Source: a virus. From it: a stretch of DNA of 64,000 nt. Within the stretch, counting starts at the first letter, position 1. Every line of letters begins with the position of its first letter. Below are positions 39,447 through 48,397 of the stretch, piece after piece. The position numbers and the translations under genes are program-made. The notes under the pieces were generated by a model. The model saw only the letters and a list, made by a program, of their open reading frames with translations, searched no databases and was not told where the DNA came from. The stretch covers positions 64,463 to 128,462 of IMG/VR virus record IMGVR_UViG_3300025141_008848. One strand, given 5' to 3'.

Positions 39447-40643
39447 ATGGGAAAATTTAAAACAATACAAACAAACGAAAAAAGGTTAGAAAGTGTTCTA
39501 GTACCTTATAATAGTACATCTGGTGGTACCGGGTGGAATTCAATAAGTGGAGCAACATTACCATTTACAGTGATACAACGTAACCCATCTAACGGAAGAG
39601 CGTTTTCTAATTTATATTCTTCTTTTAATATGCCCACCATATCTGGGGACGTTACTAGTTTTTTATCTACTTGGTCAAACACTAACTTCAGTGGGCTATC
39701 ACAAGCACAAGCAATTGTTGCCGATATACCTAAAAGTGAATATGGAATACTCATAGACGGACGAACATTAAAACTAACAGTTCCAAAACACAATGGTGGG
39801 GTATACACTATCTATAGTTCTTACTACAACCCAATCCCAACATCCTCTGACAATTCTGATGAAGCAGAATATTTTGGTAACCCTAAAATAGGGGGTCAAA
39901 TAGCAGGTGCACCTGGATTACCCTCTACTAATGTAGCTTTTTTATTTTGTGATGCAATCGCGGGACCATCATTATCAGCATCTAATACTAGTATTACTAG
40001 TTGGTCCAATGGGTGGATAACCGACACCACACCAACAGGATATCCTGGTGGGGGAGTAGACAACTTTAAATTTACACAGACCGTTTCTTCTTCTAATACA
40101 CCTAAAGCTTATGCACAAGTACAGGATAAACCAGTAGGGATTGCATATTTAGATAAAGGATTTGCAGTTATAACTGACCCTATTATTATTAGTAATTTTA
40201 ATTATAGTGGTGCTTCTACAGGTGGTACTTATACATATGAACAAGGGGATTATATTTCCGCTGACAGTTCTGGGATAACACAAGTTTATTTTACTGCGAG
40301 TACCTCAGCAGCTTGTAGTTATTATTCATTTGAAAAAGAATGGAGTGTAGTAGTTGATATTGTTGCTGGGGCTGGGGAATTTTATATTACTGAAAATCAA
40401 ACCGCTGCGGAAGCTCAGACACCCTACTATGGTGCTGGAGGGAGTGACACAGGAATACAATTTCAAACACCATTTGGGGACGTACACAATATCTGGGATT
40501 TATCTAATGTAACCTCAGCTTTTATAACAGAAATAGGTTTATACGACTCATCAAATCGACTAATTGCTGTCGCTATACCAGATAGACCAATAGCTAAATC
40601 AAAAAACACTCCACTCACTTTACAATTGGTACTTACTTTCTAA
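39447..40643 (+). CDS. Tail/baseplate protein with C-terminal DUF3751-like motif
   Basis: ITEIGLYDSSNRLIAVAIPDRPIAK at the C-terminus; VGIAYLDKGFAVIT block. Confidence 0.65.
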   Translation: MGKFKTIQTNEKRLESVLVPYNSTSGGTGWNSISGATLPFTVIQRNPSNGRAFSNLYSSFNMPTISGDVTSFLSTWSNTNFSGLSQAQAIVADIPKSEYGILIDGRTLKLTVPKHNGGVYTIYSSYYNPIPTSSDNSDEAEYFGNPKIGGQIAGAPGLPSTNVAFLFCDAIAGPSLSASNTSITSWSNGWITDTTPTGYPGGGVDNFKFTQTVSSSNTPKAYAQVQDKPVGIAYLDKGFAVITDPIIISNFNYSGASTGGTYTYEQGDYISADSSGITQVYFTASTSAACSYYSFEKEWSVVVDIVAGAGEFYITENQTAAEAQTPYYGAGGSDTGIQFQTPFGDVHNIWDLSNVTSAFITEIGLYDSSNRLIAVAIPDRPIAKSKNTPLTLQLVLTF

Positions 40644-40648
40644 CTTTA
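40619..40648 (+). promoter_or_regulatory. Putative Bacteroidota-type -33/-7 promoter
   Basis: TTTA-N18-TAACTTTA, 4 nt before ATG 40653. Confidence 0.5.
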
Positions 40649-40652
40649 GTAC

Positions 40653-41249
40653 ATGGATAATATTGGAACTACACCAAAAGTACTAGGATTGGATATCTCT
40701 ACCAAAACTATAGGATGGGCTTTATTTAATTTACAAACCGAAGAATTATTAGAACTAACTCATTTTTCTCCTAAGATTAAACCAAAGCGAGAAGACAAAA
40801 TAGAAGAGATGTTGATAAAGGCAGACCAGTTTAGAAATAAATTAATTGATTATAAAAATATAGGTATAACGAAAATTATAATTGAAGAACCATTAATCAA
40901 TTCTAATAATATCAGAACCGTAGCTATTTTATTGAGATACAACTCCTTTATTACTCGAATTATATATGATGTTTTAGGGTTAGTACCGGAATTTATATCT
41001 ACCTATAATTCTAGGAAATTTGCTTTTCCCGATTTATTTACCGAAAACCCTAAAGGAAGAAAAGTTTTATTTGGGAAATATAAGATTGGGTGTGATAAAA
41101 AACATATTATTTGGGAAAAAGTTTCAGATAAGGAACCACACCTTACATGGACTTATACCAGAAACAATACACTAAAAAAAGAAAATTTTGATATGTGTGA
41201 TGCTTATACTTGTGTCTTAGGGCATATGAAACAAAAAGAAATTTGGTAA
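40653..41249 (+). CDS. RuvC-like Holliday junction resolvase
   Basis: VLGLDISTKTIG, IIIEEP, FDMCDA catalytic acidic motifs. Confidence 0.8.
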   Translation: MDNIGTTPKVLGLDISTKTIGWALFNLQTEELLELTHFSPKIKPKREDKIEEMLIKADQFRNKLIDYKNIGITKIIIEEPLINSNNIRTVAILLRYNSFITRIIYDVLGLVPEFISTYNSRKFAFPDLFTENPKGRKVLFGKYKIGCDKKHIIWEKVSDKEPHLTWTYTRNNTLKKENFDMCDAYTCVLGHMKQKEIW

Positions 41250-41280
41250 TTGATTACCCATAAAAAATTCCATACATTTA
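41250..41280 (+). promoter_or_regulatory. Putative Bacteroidota-type -33/-7 promoter
   Basis: TTGA-N19-TACATTTA, 4 nt before ATG 41285. Confidence 0.65.
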
Positions 41281-41284
41281 TCAC

Positions 41285-42199
41285 ATGGAAGACTCACCAC
41301 TATTATTAGAATTACTACAAGATGTTTTGGGGGACATAAATACCCACTACCCAAATAAAGGACAGATATCATTTGATTGTCCTGTATGTTCTTATGATAT
41401 AAAAGGTTTAGATAATGGTGATGGAAAGGGTAATTTCGAGGTCAACTATCTCCAAGGAGTTTATAAATGTTGGTCTTGTTGTGAAACTTATGGAACCCAT
41501 GGCTCTCTAAATAAATTATTTTTAAAATGGGGGAGCACGAGAAATAAATCTACATGGTCATTAATAGGGGGAGACTTCATTAAAAAAACTGTAAGGAAGT
41601 ATGAAGACGTAAAGTTACCTAAGGAGTATACTTCATTCGAAAAAGGAAATAAATTAACCATCCCCTTCAAAGAGGCATATAACTACCTCAGAAAAAGAAA
41701 TATAACAGATAAAATAATAAGTAAATACTCAATAGGGTATACGACGGAAGGAAAATATAGAGGTAGGATTATAGTGCCATCATTTGATGAAAATGAAGAA
41801 ATAAATTATTTTGTCTCCCGTTCGTATGTTGGGCATAAAAATAAATATAAAAATCCAGAAGCGGAAAAAGATAAAATTATTTTTAATGAACACTTAATAA
41901 ACTGGGAAGAAGATGTATATTTGGTAGAGGGTGTCTTTGATATGTTCTTTATAGATAATTCCATACCTATATTGGGAAAAAGTGTTAGTGAAAAATTATG
42001 GTCTAAACTATATGATAATTGTAAAAAGAATGTTATTATTTGTCTAGATGGGGATGCATGGGAAGACGCTCAAAAACTATATAGAAAATTAGAAGGTGGG
42101 AGACTAACCAGAAAAATAAGATTGATTAAACTACCAAAAGATAAAGATGTTGGTGAACTAGGTACCATTGAAGGGTTAAAAGAAATAACATTACTGTAA
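41285..42199 (+). CDS. dnaG: DNA primase (zinc finger + TOPRIM)
   Basis: CPVC...CWSC zinc finger, YLRKRNI, KYKNP, LVEGVFD, CLDGDA. Confidence 0.88.
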   Translation: MEDSPLLLELLQDVLGDINTHYPNKGQISFDCPVCSYDIKGLDNGDGKGNFEVNYLQGVYKCWSCCETYGTHGSLNKLFLKWGSTRNKSTWSLIGGDFIKKTVRKYEDVKLPKEYTSFEKGNKLTIPFKEAYNYLRKRNITDKIISKYSIGYTTEGKYRGRIIVPSFDENEEINYFVSRSYVGHKNKYKNPEAEKDKIIFNEHLINWEEDVYLVEGVFDMFFIDNSIPILGKSVSEKLWSKLYDNCKKNVIICLDGDAWEDAQKLYRKLEGGRLTRKIRLIKLPKDKDVGELGTIEGLKEITLL

Positions 42200-42200
42200 A

Positions 42201-42968
42201 ATGAAAATAACAAAAGAATTAGCTAAATTTAATAATATTAAGTTTCATGATAAGGAACATATCTATTATTTAGATGGGATTAGAACAAAATCAGTAACAG
42301 GAGTGTTATCTGAATATAAACATCCTTTTGATAAGGAATATTGGTCACAAAAAAAAGCAGATGAAAGAGGAATAACGAAAGAAGAGATACTAAAAGAATG
42401 GAAATATAAAGCAGATTTTTCGTGTGAAAAAGGTTCGGCTTTTCACGAATACGCAGAAAATTTTTTAACTAATAAATTATTTCCATTTCCAGAACATAAA
42501 ATAACAAAAATATTAGGTAGTGTAGAAAATATGTTAACTTGTAAGGAAGCTGTAATCACCCTACAAGGAATGTTTAAAGAATTTTATGATAAATCCTTTG
42601 GTAGGTTAATACCCGTAAGAGCTGAAATAGTGGTGGGGGACGCAGAATGGGGCGTTACAGGAATGATTGACCAGTTATTTTATAATGAAAAATCTAAGAA
42701 ATTAGAAATATGGGATTGGAAAACTAATAAAGCTATAAAAGATAAAAATAAATGGCAACAATTTAAAGAACCACTTTCACACCTTGATGTTTGTGAATTA
42801 AATACATATTCCCTACAATTATCCTTTTATAAATTAATAGTAGAACGAAATACTGACTTACAACTAGGTGAGTGTTATATAGTTTGGTTTAATGAAAATA
42901 ACGACACATATAAAGTTATAAAATGTTATGATTTTAGTGATGAAATATTAAAAATAATGAATAAATGA
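42201..42968 (+). CDS. PD-(D/E)XK exonuclease
   Basis: SVTGVL, KGSAFHEYAE, GMIDQL, IWDWKT, YSLQLSFY. Confidence 0.82.
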   Translation: MKITKELAKFNNIKFHDKEHIYYLDGIRTKSVTGVLSEYKHPFDKEYWSQKKADERGITKEEILKEWKYKADFSCEKGSAFHEYAENFLTNKLFPFPEHKITKILGSVENMLTCKEAVITLQGMFKEFYDKSFGRLIPVRAEIVVGDAEWGVTGMIDQLFYNEKSKKLEIWDWKTNKAIKDKNKWQQFKEPLSHLDVCELNTYSLQLSFYKLIVERNTDLQLGECYIVWFNENNDTYKVIKCYDFSDEILKIMNK

Positions 42969-43834
42969 TAGAGCCACCACAGTATACGTCGATAAAAAGT
43001 AGTGTACTTAAAAAAGTTAAATTAAGCCAGACCTTTGGAAGGTATGGAGGTTGGTTTGGTAAACTTATGGGGAAGATTGTATTAAAATATAATTTGAGAT
43101 TTAGCTATTGGAAAAAATTAAGAAAAAGTTTAGAAGAAGGATATAACCCAGAAAAATATGGGTACATCCAGGTACTAGAGAAAGAAAAAGAAAATAGCAG
43201 GACCTCAACAGAAGGAAAGATATTAAATGTTTTAGATACCGCAGGTGCGGTTCTTTCTCTTGATACTGAAGAACACTCTTATTATGTGGTAGATGGTAAT
43301 CACAGAATAAAAATATTAAAAGAATTATATGGGGATGATTATGAGGTTACGGTAGAGGTAGTTATAAACAACCCTGAAGATGGGGCAATAAATGCTGGGG
43401 ACGGACCAATTAAAACCTTACGAAAAGGTATTAAGACCATCCCATTAATATATTACCCCTCAATAGTATTTTTTCTTATATACTTATTGGTACCTGTTCT
43501 CCTATTCTCATTATTTTGCTACGTATTTATGATGTTTACAAAAAATCACCAACAAAAATACTATACGGATACACACCCTAAAAAAGGTTTTGTATGGTTA
43601 TATAATAAATCTAAATTTTTATATGAAATGGTTATGACTGTTTACTATAATGCTAGGAATGGGGTTTTATTAATAGCGTTTTTAGTATACCTTTATCATA
43701 TATTAAGTGTTAATTTTTATGGTATATTAATTATGACTGGAATTTCATTCTTAATTATGATTATTTTCAGGATTCTAAACATACCTAATACAATTCATCT
43801 ACTAGATTTAATAAAAAAAATAAAAAGATTATAA
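42965..43834 (+). CDS. ParB/Srx-like domain fused to a multi-pass membrane region
   Basis: YYVVDGNHRIKIL ParB-type motif; 3-4 hydrophobic helices in the C-terminal half. Confidence 0.6.
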   Translation: MIEPPQYTSIKSSVLKKVKLSQTFGRYGGWFGKLMGKIVLKYNLRFSYWKKLRKSLEEGYNPEKYGYIQVLEKEKENSRTSTEGKILNVLDTAGAVLSLDTEEHSYYVVDGNHRIKILKELYGDDYEVTVEVVINNPEDGAINAGDGPIKTLRKGIKTIPLIYYPSIVFFLIYLLVPVLLFSLFCYVFMMFTKNHQQKYYTDTHPKKGFVWLYNKSKFLYEMVMTVYYNARNGVLLIAFLVYLYHILSVNFYGILIMTGISFLIMIIFRILNIPNTIHLLDLIKKIKRL

Positions 43835-44616
43835 TGATTGAAAAAATTATACATTATTCAGATTTACACTTAAAACCCTATAAACAACATGAGAGGGATA
43901 AGAAAGTATTAAAAAAAGCTATACAAGAATGGAAAGAGATTAAACCAGATAGGATAGTTTTTACTGGGGACTTTGTACATTCGAAAAATCAAATGACACC
44001 AGAATTAATAAATTTAATGTCTTGGGTTATGACTGAAACAGCAAAAATTTGTAAGTGTGTGTATATTATTGGCAATCATGATTTTTTAGAAAATAATATG
44101 GATAGGATGGATGCACTATCTCCCATAGTAGAAAGTTTAAATAACCCAAATATAGTGTACTATAAAGACAGGGGTTGTCATGAAGACGAAAATATTTTAT
44201 GGTGTGTCTACTCACTTAGAAGTAATAATGTAAGTCCTAATATACCACAAGAAACCGATAAATATAAAGTGGGGTTATTCCATGGACCAATAGAAGGAGC
44301 CTCTAATGATTGGGGATTTGTCTTTGATGATGGATTTAGTGTTGATAGGTTTGAAGGGTGTGATGTGGTTTTTGCGGGGGATATACATAAAAAACAAACC
44401 TTTAAAATTCCAGGCGGTAAAAAAGCATATATGGTAGGGTCCACCATAATACAAAATTTTGGTGAAAGTGTTAAAAACCATGGATACGGGCTATATAATG
44501 TAACCACAGAAAAATATAAATTCTTTACTCTTGATAACCCACAACCATATCTTAATTTTAAGATAACAGATATTGGGGATATAGAAAATAAAAAAGAAAT
44601 TTTAACAAATGGTTAA
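43834..44616 (+). CDS. sbcD: Recombination nuclease, SbcD/Mre11/T4 gp47-like metallophosphoesterase
   Basis: SDLH, TGDFVH, IGNHD, LFHG, AGDIH motifs. Confidence 0.85.
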   Translation: MIEKIIHYSDLHLKPYKQHERDKKVLKKAIQEWKEIKPDRIVFTGDFVHSKNQMTPELINLMSWVMTETAKICKCVYIIGNHDFLENNMDRMDALSPIVESLNNPNIVYYKDRGCHEDENILWCVYSLRSNNVSPNIPQETDKYKVGLFHGPIEGASNDWGFVFDDGFSVDRFEGCDVVFAGDIHKKQTFKIPGGKKAYMVGSTIIQNFGESVKNHGYGLYNVTTEKYKFFTLDNPQPYLNFKITDIGDIENKKEILTNG

Positions 44617-45055
44617 TATAGATAAAGAATTACAGAAAGAATTTGATTTATATTCTAAATTAAATGAAATTGAAAATACAGAAGAATTTATTATAAAATG
44701 TGCAAAAGATGGTTTAACATTAGATAAGTATGGGGTTGCACCTTTTTTACCTAAGTCACAAATACAAGAAGTACCAGTAGAGAAAGAAGTAGTTAAAGAA
44801 GTTATTAAAGAGGTTATTGTAGAAAAAGAGGTTATAGTTGAAAAAATAGTAACTAAAGAAATTGACAATAAAGAATTACTTAATAAATTAGAAGAGTGTA
44901 AAAAAACCGAGAAGGAAAAAGACAATAAAATAAAACAACAACAAAATAAAATAAAAGAACAGGATGATGTACTCGAACACTTCAAAAATGTTACTGTAAA
45001 TAGAAGAGCCAAGTATATGAAAACATCAAACCTAGACGATACTTATATAGATTAA
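44609..45055 (+). CDS. Hypothetical coiled-coil protein with VEKEV-type low-complexity repeats
   Basis: VPVEKEVVKEVIKEVIVEKEVIVEKIV; coupled to sbcD. Confidence 0.65.
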   Translation: MVNIDKELQKEFDLYSKLNEIENTEEFIIKCAKDGLTLDKYGVAPFLPKSQIQEVPVEKEVVKEVIKEVIVEKEVIVEKIVTKEIDNKELLNKLEECKKTEKEKDNKIKQQQNKIKEQDDVLEHFKNVTVNRRAKYMKTSNLDDTYID

Positions 45056-45059
45056 TATT

Positions 45060-45389
45060 ATGGAAACACTTATATGGATTTTAGCAGCTTACGGAATGTC
45101 ACAAATTTTGGTATTTGGAGCTATATTTGACAAACCAAGAAATTGGATAACGAGACACTCAACATTTTTTGGGGACTTACTAGGATGTATGATGTGTACA
45201 TCTACATGGGTCGGATTCTTTTTTGCCCTTACATTTTTTTCACCCACAGAAAGTATGACAACATTACCGTATGTTAATATCTTTTTTGATGGTATGTTAG
45301 CAAGCGGTTCTGTCTGGGCACTTAATGCGATAGTTGAGTGGTTCGAAGAAAATAAACCTAAAGGTGATGACGGTCCCGGAATAACATAG
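45060..45389 (+). CDS. Small membrane protein, DUF1360-like
   Basis: IFDKPR...GDLLGCMMCTSTWVG pattern with hydrophobic helices. Confidence 0.6.
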   Translation: METLIWILAAYGMSQILVFGAIFDKPRNWITRHSTFFGDLLGCMMCTSTWVGFFFALTFFSPTESMTTLPYVNIFFDGMLASGSVWALNAIVEWFEENKPKGDDGPGIT

Positions 45390-45390
45390 T

Positions 45391-45421
45391 TTGATTTATT
45401 ATCCTTAATATTTTATATTTA
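45391..45421 (+). promoter_or_regulatory. Putative Bacteroidota-type -33/-7 promoter
   Basis: TTGA-N19-TATATTTA, 4 nt before ATG 45426. Confidence 0.65.
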
Positions 45422-45425
45422 AAAT

Positions 45426-46613
45426 ATGGATAATCCAAAAATACCTCTATTTAAAGTTTTTATGTCAGACGATGCACCTACGGAAGTGGGTAAAGTTTTG
45501 ATGTCCGGATTTGTCGGGGAAGGGCCTAAAGTCAAAAAATTTGAGAAAAAATTAAAAGAATATTTTGATAACCCTAATTTAGTTTCTTTAAATTCTGCTA
45601 CCTCCGCTTTACACCTCACTCTACATTTATTAAAAAAACCCACAAATAGTATTGAAACTTCCTATAGTTATGCACCACAATTAAGTGAATGGCCTGGACT
45701 AAAAGATGGTGATGAAGTTTTAACTTGTCCATTGACATGCACTGCGACTAATTGGCCAATATTGGCTAATAATTTAAATATAAAATGGGTAGACGTAGAC
45801 CCGACCACCTGTAACATGTGTCTAGAAGATTTAGAAAAGCAGATATCAGAAAAAACCAAAGTAATAATGTTGGTACATTGGGGTGGTAACTCTATAGATT
45901 TGGATAGGGTGGAAAAAATACAAGAAAAATGCAAAGATAAATACGGATTCCGCCCAGCAGTAATCCAAGACGGGGCTCATGGATTCGGGTCCGAATATAA
46001 AGGCAAAAAACTAGGAAATACCAAACACGATATTTTTACTATATACAGTTTTCAAGCTATAAAACACCTAACCACAGTAGATGGGGGTTGTCTCATTTTA
46101 CCAGATAACAGATTTTATAAAAGAGCAAAACTATTAAGGTGGTACGGTATTGATAGAGATGATAATAGGAAAGATTTTAGGTGTGAAAATGATATATCAG
46201 AATGGGGGTTTAAATTTCATATGAATGATATTGCAGCAACTATAGGGTTATGTAACCTTAAACATATAGAAAATATATTAGAAAAACACAAACAAAATGC
46301 TTTATATTATAATAAAGAATTAAAAGGTGTAAAAGGAATTGACCTAATAAAGAGTAAAGATGAATGTTCTTATTGGATTTACACCATTAAAGTTAAGAAC
46401 CAAAGAAGATTTATGGATGTAATGGAGTCAAAAGGTATTATGGTAAGTAGAATACATGAACGTAATGATAAACATTCATGTGTGAAAAAATATAAAAGAG
46501 ACTTACCTAATTTAGATAAATTAGTTAAGGAAATGATTTGTATCCCAGTGGGTTGGTGGTTAAGTAAAGAAGATAGGGAATATATTGTTAACACCATAAA
46601 AGAAATATGTTAA
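45426..46613 (+). CDS. DegT/DnrJ/EryC1/StrS family PLP-dependent sugar aminotransferase
   Basis: NSATSALHL, VHWGG, IQDGAH, YSFQAIKHLTTVDGG (PLP lysine), GFKFHMNDIAA. Confidence 0.92.
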   Translation: MDNPKIPLFKVFMSDDAPTEVGKVLMSGFVGEGPKVKKFEKKLKEYFDNPNLVSLNSATSALHLTLHLLKKPTNSIETSYSYAPQLSEWPGLKDGDEVLTCPLTCTATNWPILANNLNIKWVDVDPTTCNMCLEDLEKQISEKTKVIMLVHWGGNSIDLDRVEKIQEKCKDKYGFRPAVIQDGAHGFGSEYKGKKLGNTKHDIFTIYSFQAIKHLTTVDGGCLILPDNRFYKRAKLLRWYGIDRDDNRKDFRCENDISEWGFKFHMNDIAATIGLCNLKHIENILEKHKQNALYYNKELKGVKGIDLIKSKDECSYWIYTIKVKNQRRFMDVMESKGIMVSRIHERNDKHSCVKKYKRDLPNLDKLVKEMICIPVGWWLSKEDREYIVNTIKEIC

Positions 46614-47638
46614 ATAATAGTATCTCTTGTGTGGTAGTAACTAATGGACTAAATAATAAGTTTTTAACAGAAAGAACTTTATTTAGTATTATAAAAACTA
46701 CCGATAATATAGGGTGGGATGTAGAATTAATACTAGTTGACAATAGTCCAGGACAAAATATTAAAGATATTCTAATAGAAGAAGGATATGCACCCATAGT
46801 ATGTAAAAGAATAAAAGTTGTAAAATCCACACCAAACCACCTACCCAAAGCTTTTAATAATGGTGTTAGAGAAGCAACTAAAAAATATATAGCTATTTTT
46901 CATGATGACTGTGAAGTACTCGACAAAGAGTGGATAGAAAAACTCACCAACGAGTTAAATGACGATGTCTATATGGTGGGACCAGAAACACATACCGACA
47001 TTGTACCTCATAAGAAGATAAGAAAGAAAATATATTTTAAAGAAGTACCGGTAGTGTTAGAAAGAGATAAATTTTTAGAAATAGGTGGGTATGATGAAGA
47101 GTATTATTGGGGGTTCGAAGACGTGTTATTTTCCGCAAAAATAATAAATAAAGGAAAATACCTAAAACAAGTTCCTATAAAATATATACATTTTGACGGC
47201 ATGTCCACCATTCTCCTCCAAAAAAAATTAACTACAACACCAAAAGAGTTTTTAGAAATACAGAATAAATTTGTTAAAATGAAAAGTAAAAAGGAATTTG
47301 TTAATTTTAAAGAACAAACAATGGGGTATACAAAGGTTAAAATTAAATATGTAACACATAATATATTATTATATTTATTCTTAGTAATAGTCAATAAGTC
47401 GTTTAGTATAAAGGTACCACTAAATATGGGGGTTAATCTGGGGTATTTCCAAACCTTCAAATACTGGAAAACCACACCCAAGATACCAACTGAGATTATA
47501 ATAGGGTTAATGCCAAAAACTAAAAATGATATAAAAGTTTTCCTAAAAGATATCCAAGAAGAAAAAGGGGGTAACCTCTATAGTAAATTAGAAAAACACA
47601 AAGGAGAGTTATTTAAAAACTATTTTAGGGTTATTTAG
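46607..47638 (+). CDS. Glycosyltransferase family 2
   Basis: ELILVDNS, AFNNG, AIFHDDCEV (DxD-like), IGGYDE...WGFEDV. Confidence 0.82.
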   Translation: MLNNSISCVVVTNGLNNKFLTERTLFSIIKTTDNIGWDVELILVDNSPGQNIKDILIEEGYAPIVCKRIKVVKSTPNHLPKAFNNGVREATKKYIAIFHDDCEVLDKEWIEKLTNELNDDVYMVGPETHTDIVPHKKIRKKIYFKEVPVVLERDKFLEIGGYDEEYYWGFEDVLFSAKIINKGKYLKQVPIKYIHFDGMSTILLQKKLTTTPKEFLEIQNKFVKMKSKKEFVNFKEQTMGYTKVKIKYVTHNILLYLFLVIVNKSFSIKVPLNMGVNLGYFQTFKYWKTTPKIPTEIIIGLMPKTKNDIKVFLKDIQEEKGGNLYSKLEKHKGELFKNYFRVI

Positions 47639-48356
47639 CATCGGGGTCACAGAACTCACCAGACCTATTCTCATCTCCTCCAGCCGTAATAGAATACCCA
47701 TTGGCAATTACTGATATAGGGTTAACTTTTACATCACCTTTCCATGTTATATAATGTAGATGAGGACCCAGGGAGTTACCACTTAAATTTTCATCTTTTC
47801 CACCACCCGAAACACCTATAGGAAAACCCTTGGGCACCCTCAAACCAATCAAATTGTCATTAACAACCCTTAGATGACAATACCCTACAGCATCACCATT
47901 ATTACAGTTTATTTTTATAAACCCTCCACAATCACCCACTTCTTCTGCGTTAACCACCACACCAGAACAAGCCGCCATTAAAGGTTGGTTACTTTTTAAC
48001 CCAGTAGTATCTAAATCTACACCTGCATGTAATCTATTCGTACCTGTCGCTCTCCTAAAACCATAACAACTATTAATGTGTTTCTTGAGTTCACCGACTA
48101 GGGGTATGGGATATAAATCTGGGAGATTTACATTACTTTTCCCGGGAACCAGTTTTAAAACAGCCTGTAACTTCCTACCACTCAGATTAGTCAAAAACTC
48201 AAAATCTTTTTCAGTAGGTTTTCTGAGTCTAGAAATTAACTCCTGAACTTTATCCCAGCTAACACCTAGTTTCTCTAAAGCAGCTTTTTTAAGTCTATCT
48301 TTATAACTTTGTTCCACTAACTCACTGTATTGATTTTCGGTAATTCTAATTTTCAT
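47631..48356 (-). CDS. M23 family peptidoglycan peptidase
   Basis: HAGVD and GPHLHY zinc motifs, YCHL, VNP; N-terminal MKIRITENQY leader. Confidence 0.85.
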   Translation of the reverse strand: MKIRITENQYSELVEQSYKDRLKKAALEKLGVSWDKVQELISRLRKPTEKDFEFLTNLSGRKLQAVLKLVPGKSNVNLPDLYPIPLVGELKKHINSCYGFRRATGTNRLHAGVDLDTTGLKSNQPLMAACSGVVVNAEEVGDCGGFIKINCNNGDAVGYCHLRVVNDNLIGLRVPKGFPIGVSGGGKDENLSGNSLGPHLHYITWKGDVKVNPISVIANGYSITAGGDENRSGEFCDPDAK

Positions 48357-48362
48357 TTCATA

Positions 48363-48393
48363 TTGATTTATACTAATAAATATACGATATTTA
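48363..48393 (+). promoter_or_regulatory. Putative Bacteroidota-type -33/-7 promoter
   Basis: TTGA-N19-GATATTTA, 4 nt before ATG 48398. Confidence 0.55.
48376..48382 (-). promoter_or_regulatory. Putative late-promoter motif TATTTAT (minus strand)
   Basis: ATAAATA on + strand, 19 nt upstream of the minus-strand M23 gene. Confidence 0.55.
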
Positions 48394-48397
48394 CCTT

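Noticed and set aside
12485-40643. Diversity-generating retroelement or invertible tail-fibre cassette
   Set aside because: No reverse transcriptase or invertase in the window, and no near-identical ~100-bp repeat pair noticed.
42201-42968. Calling the PD-(D/E)XK nuclease Cas4 of a CRISPR system
   Set aside because: It lacks the Cas4 Fe-S cysteine cluster and no cas genes or array are nearby.
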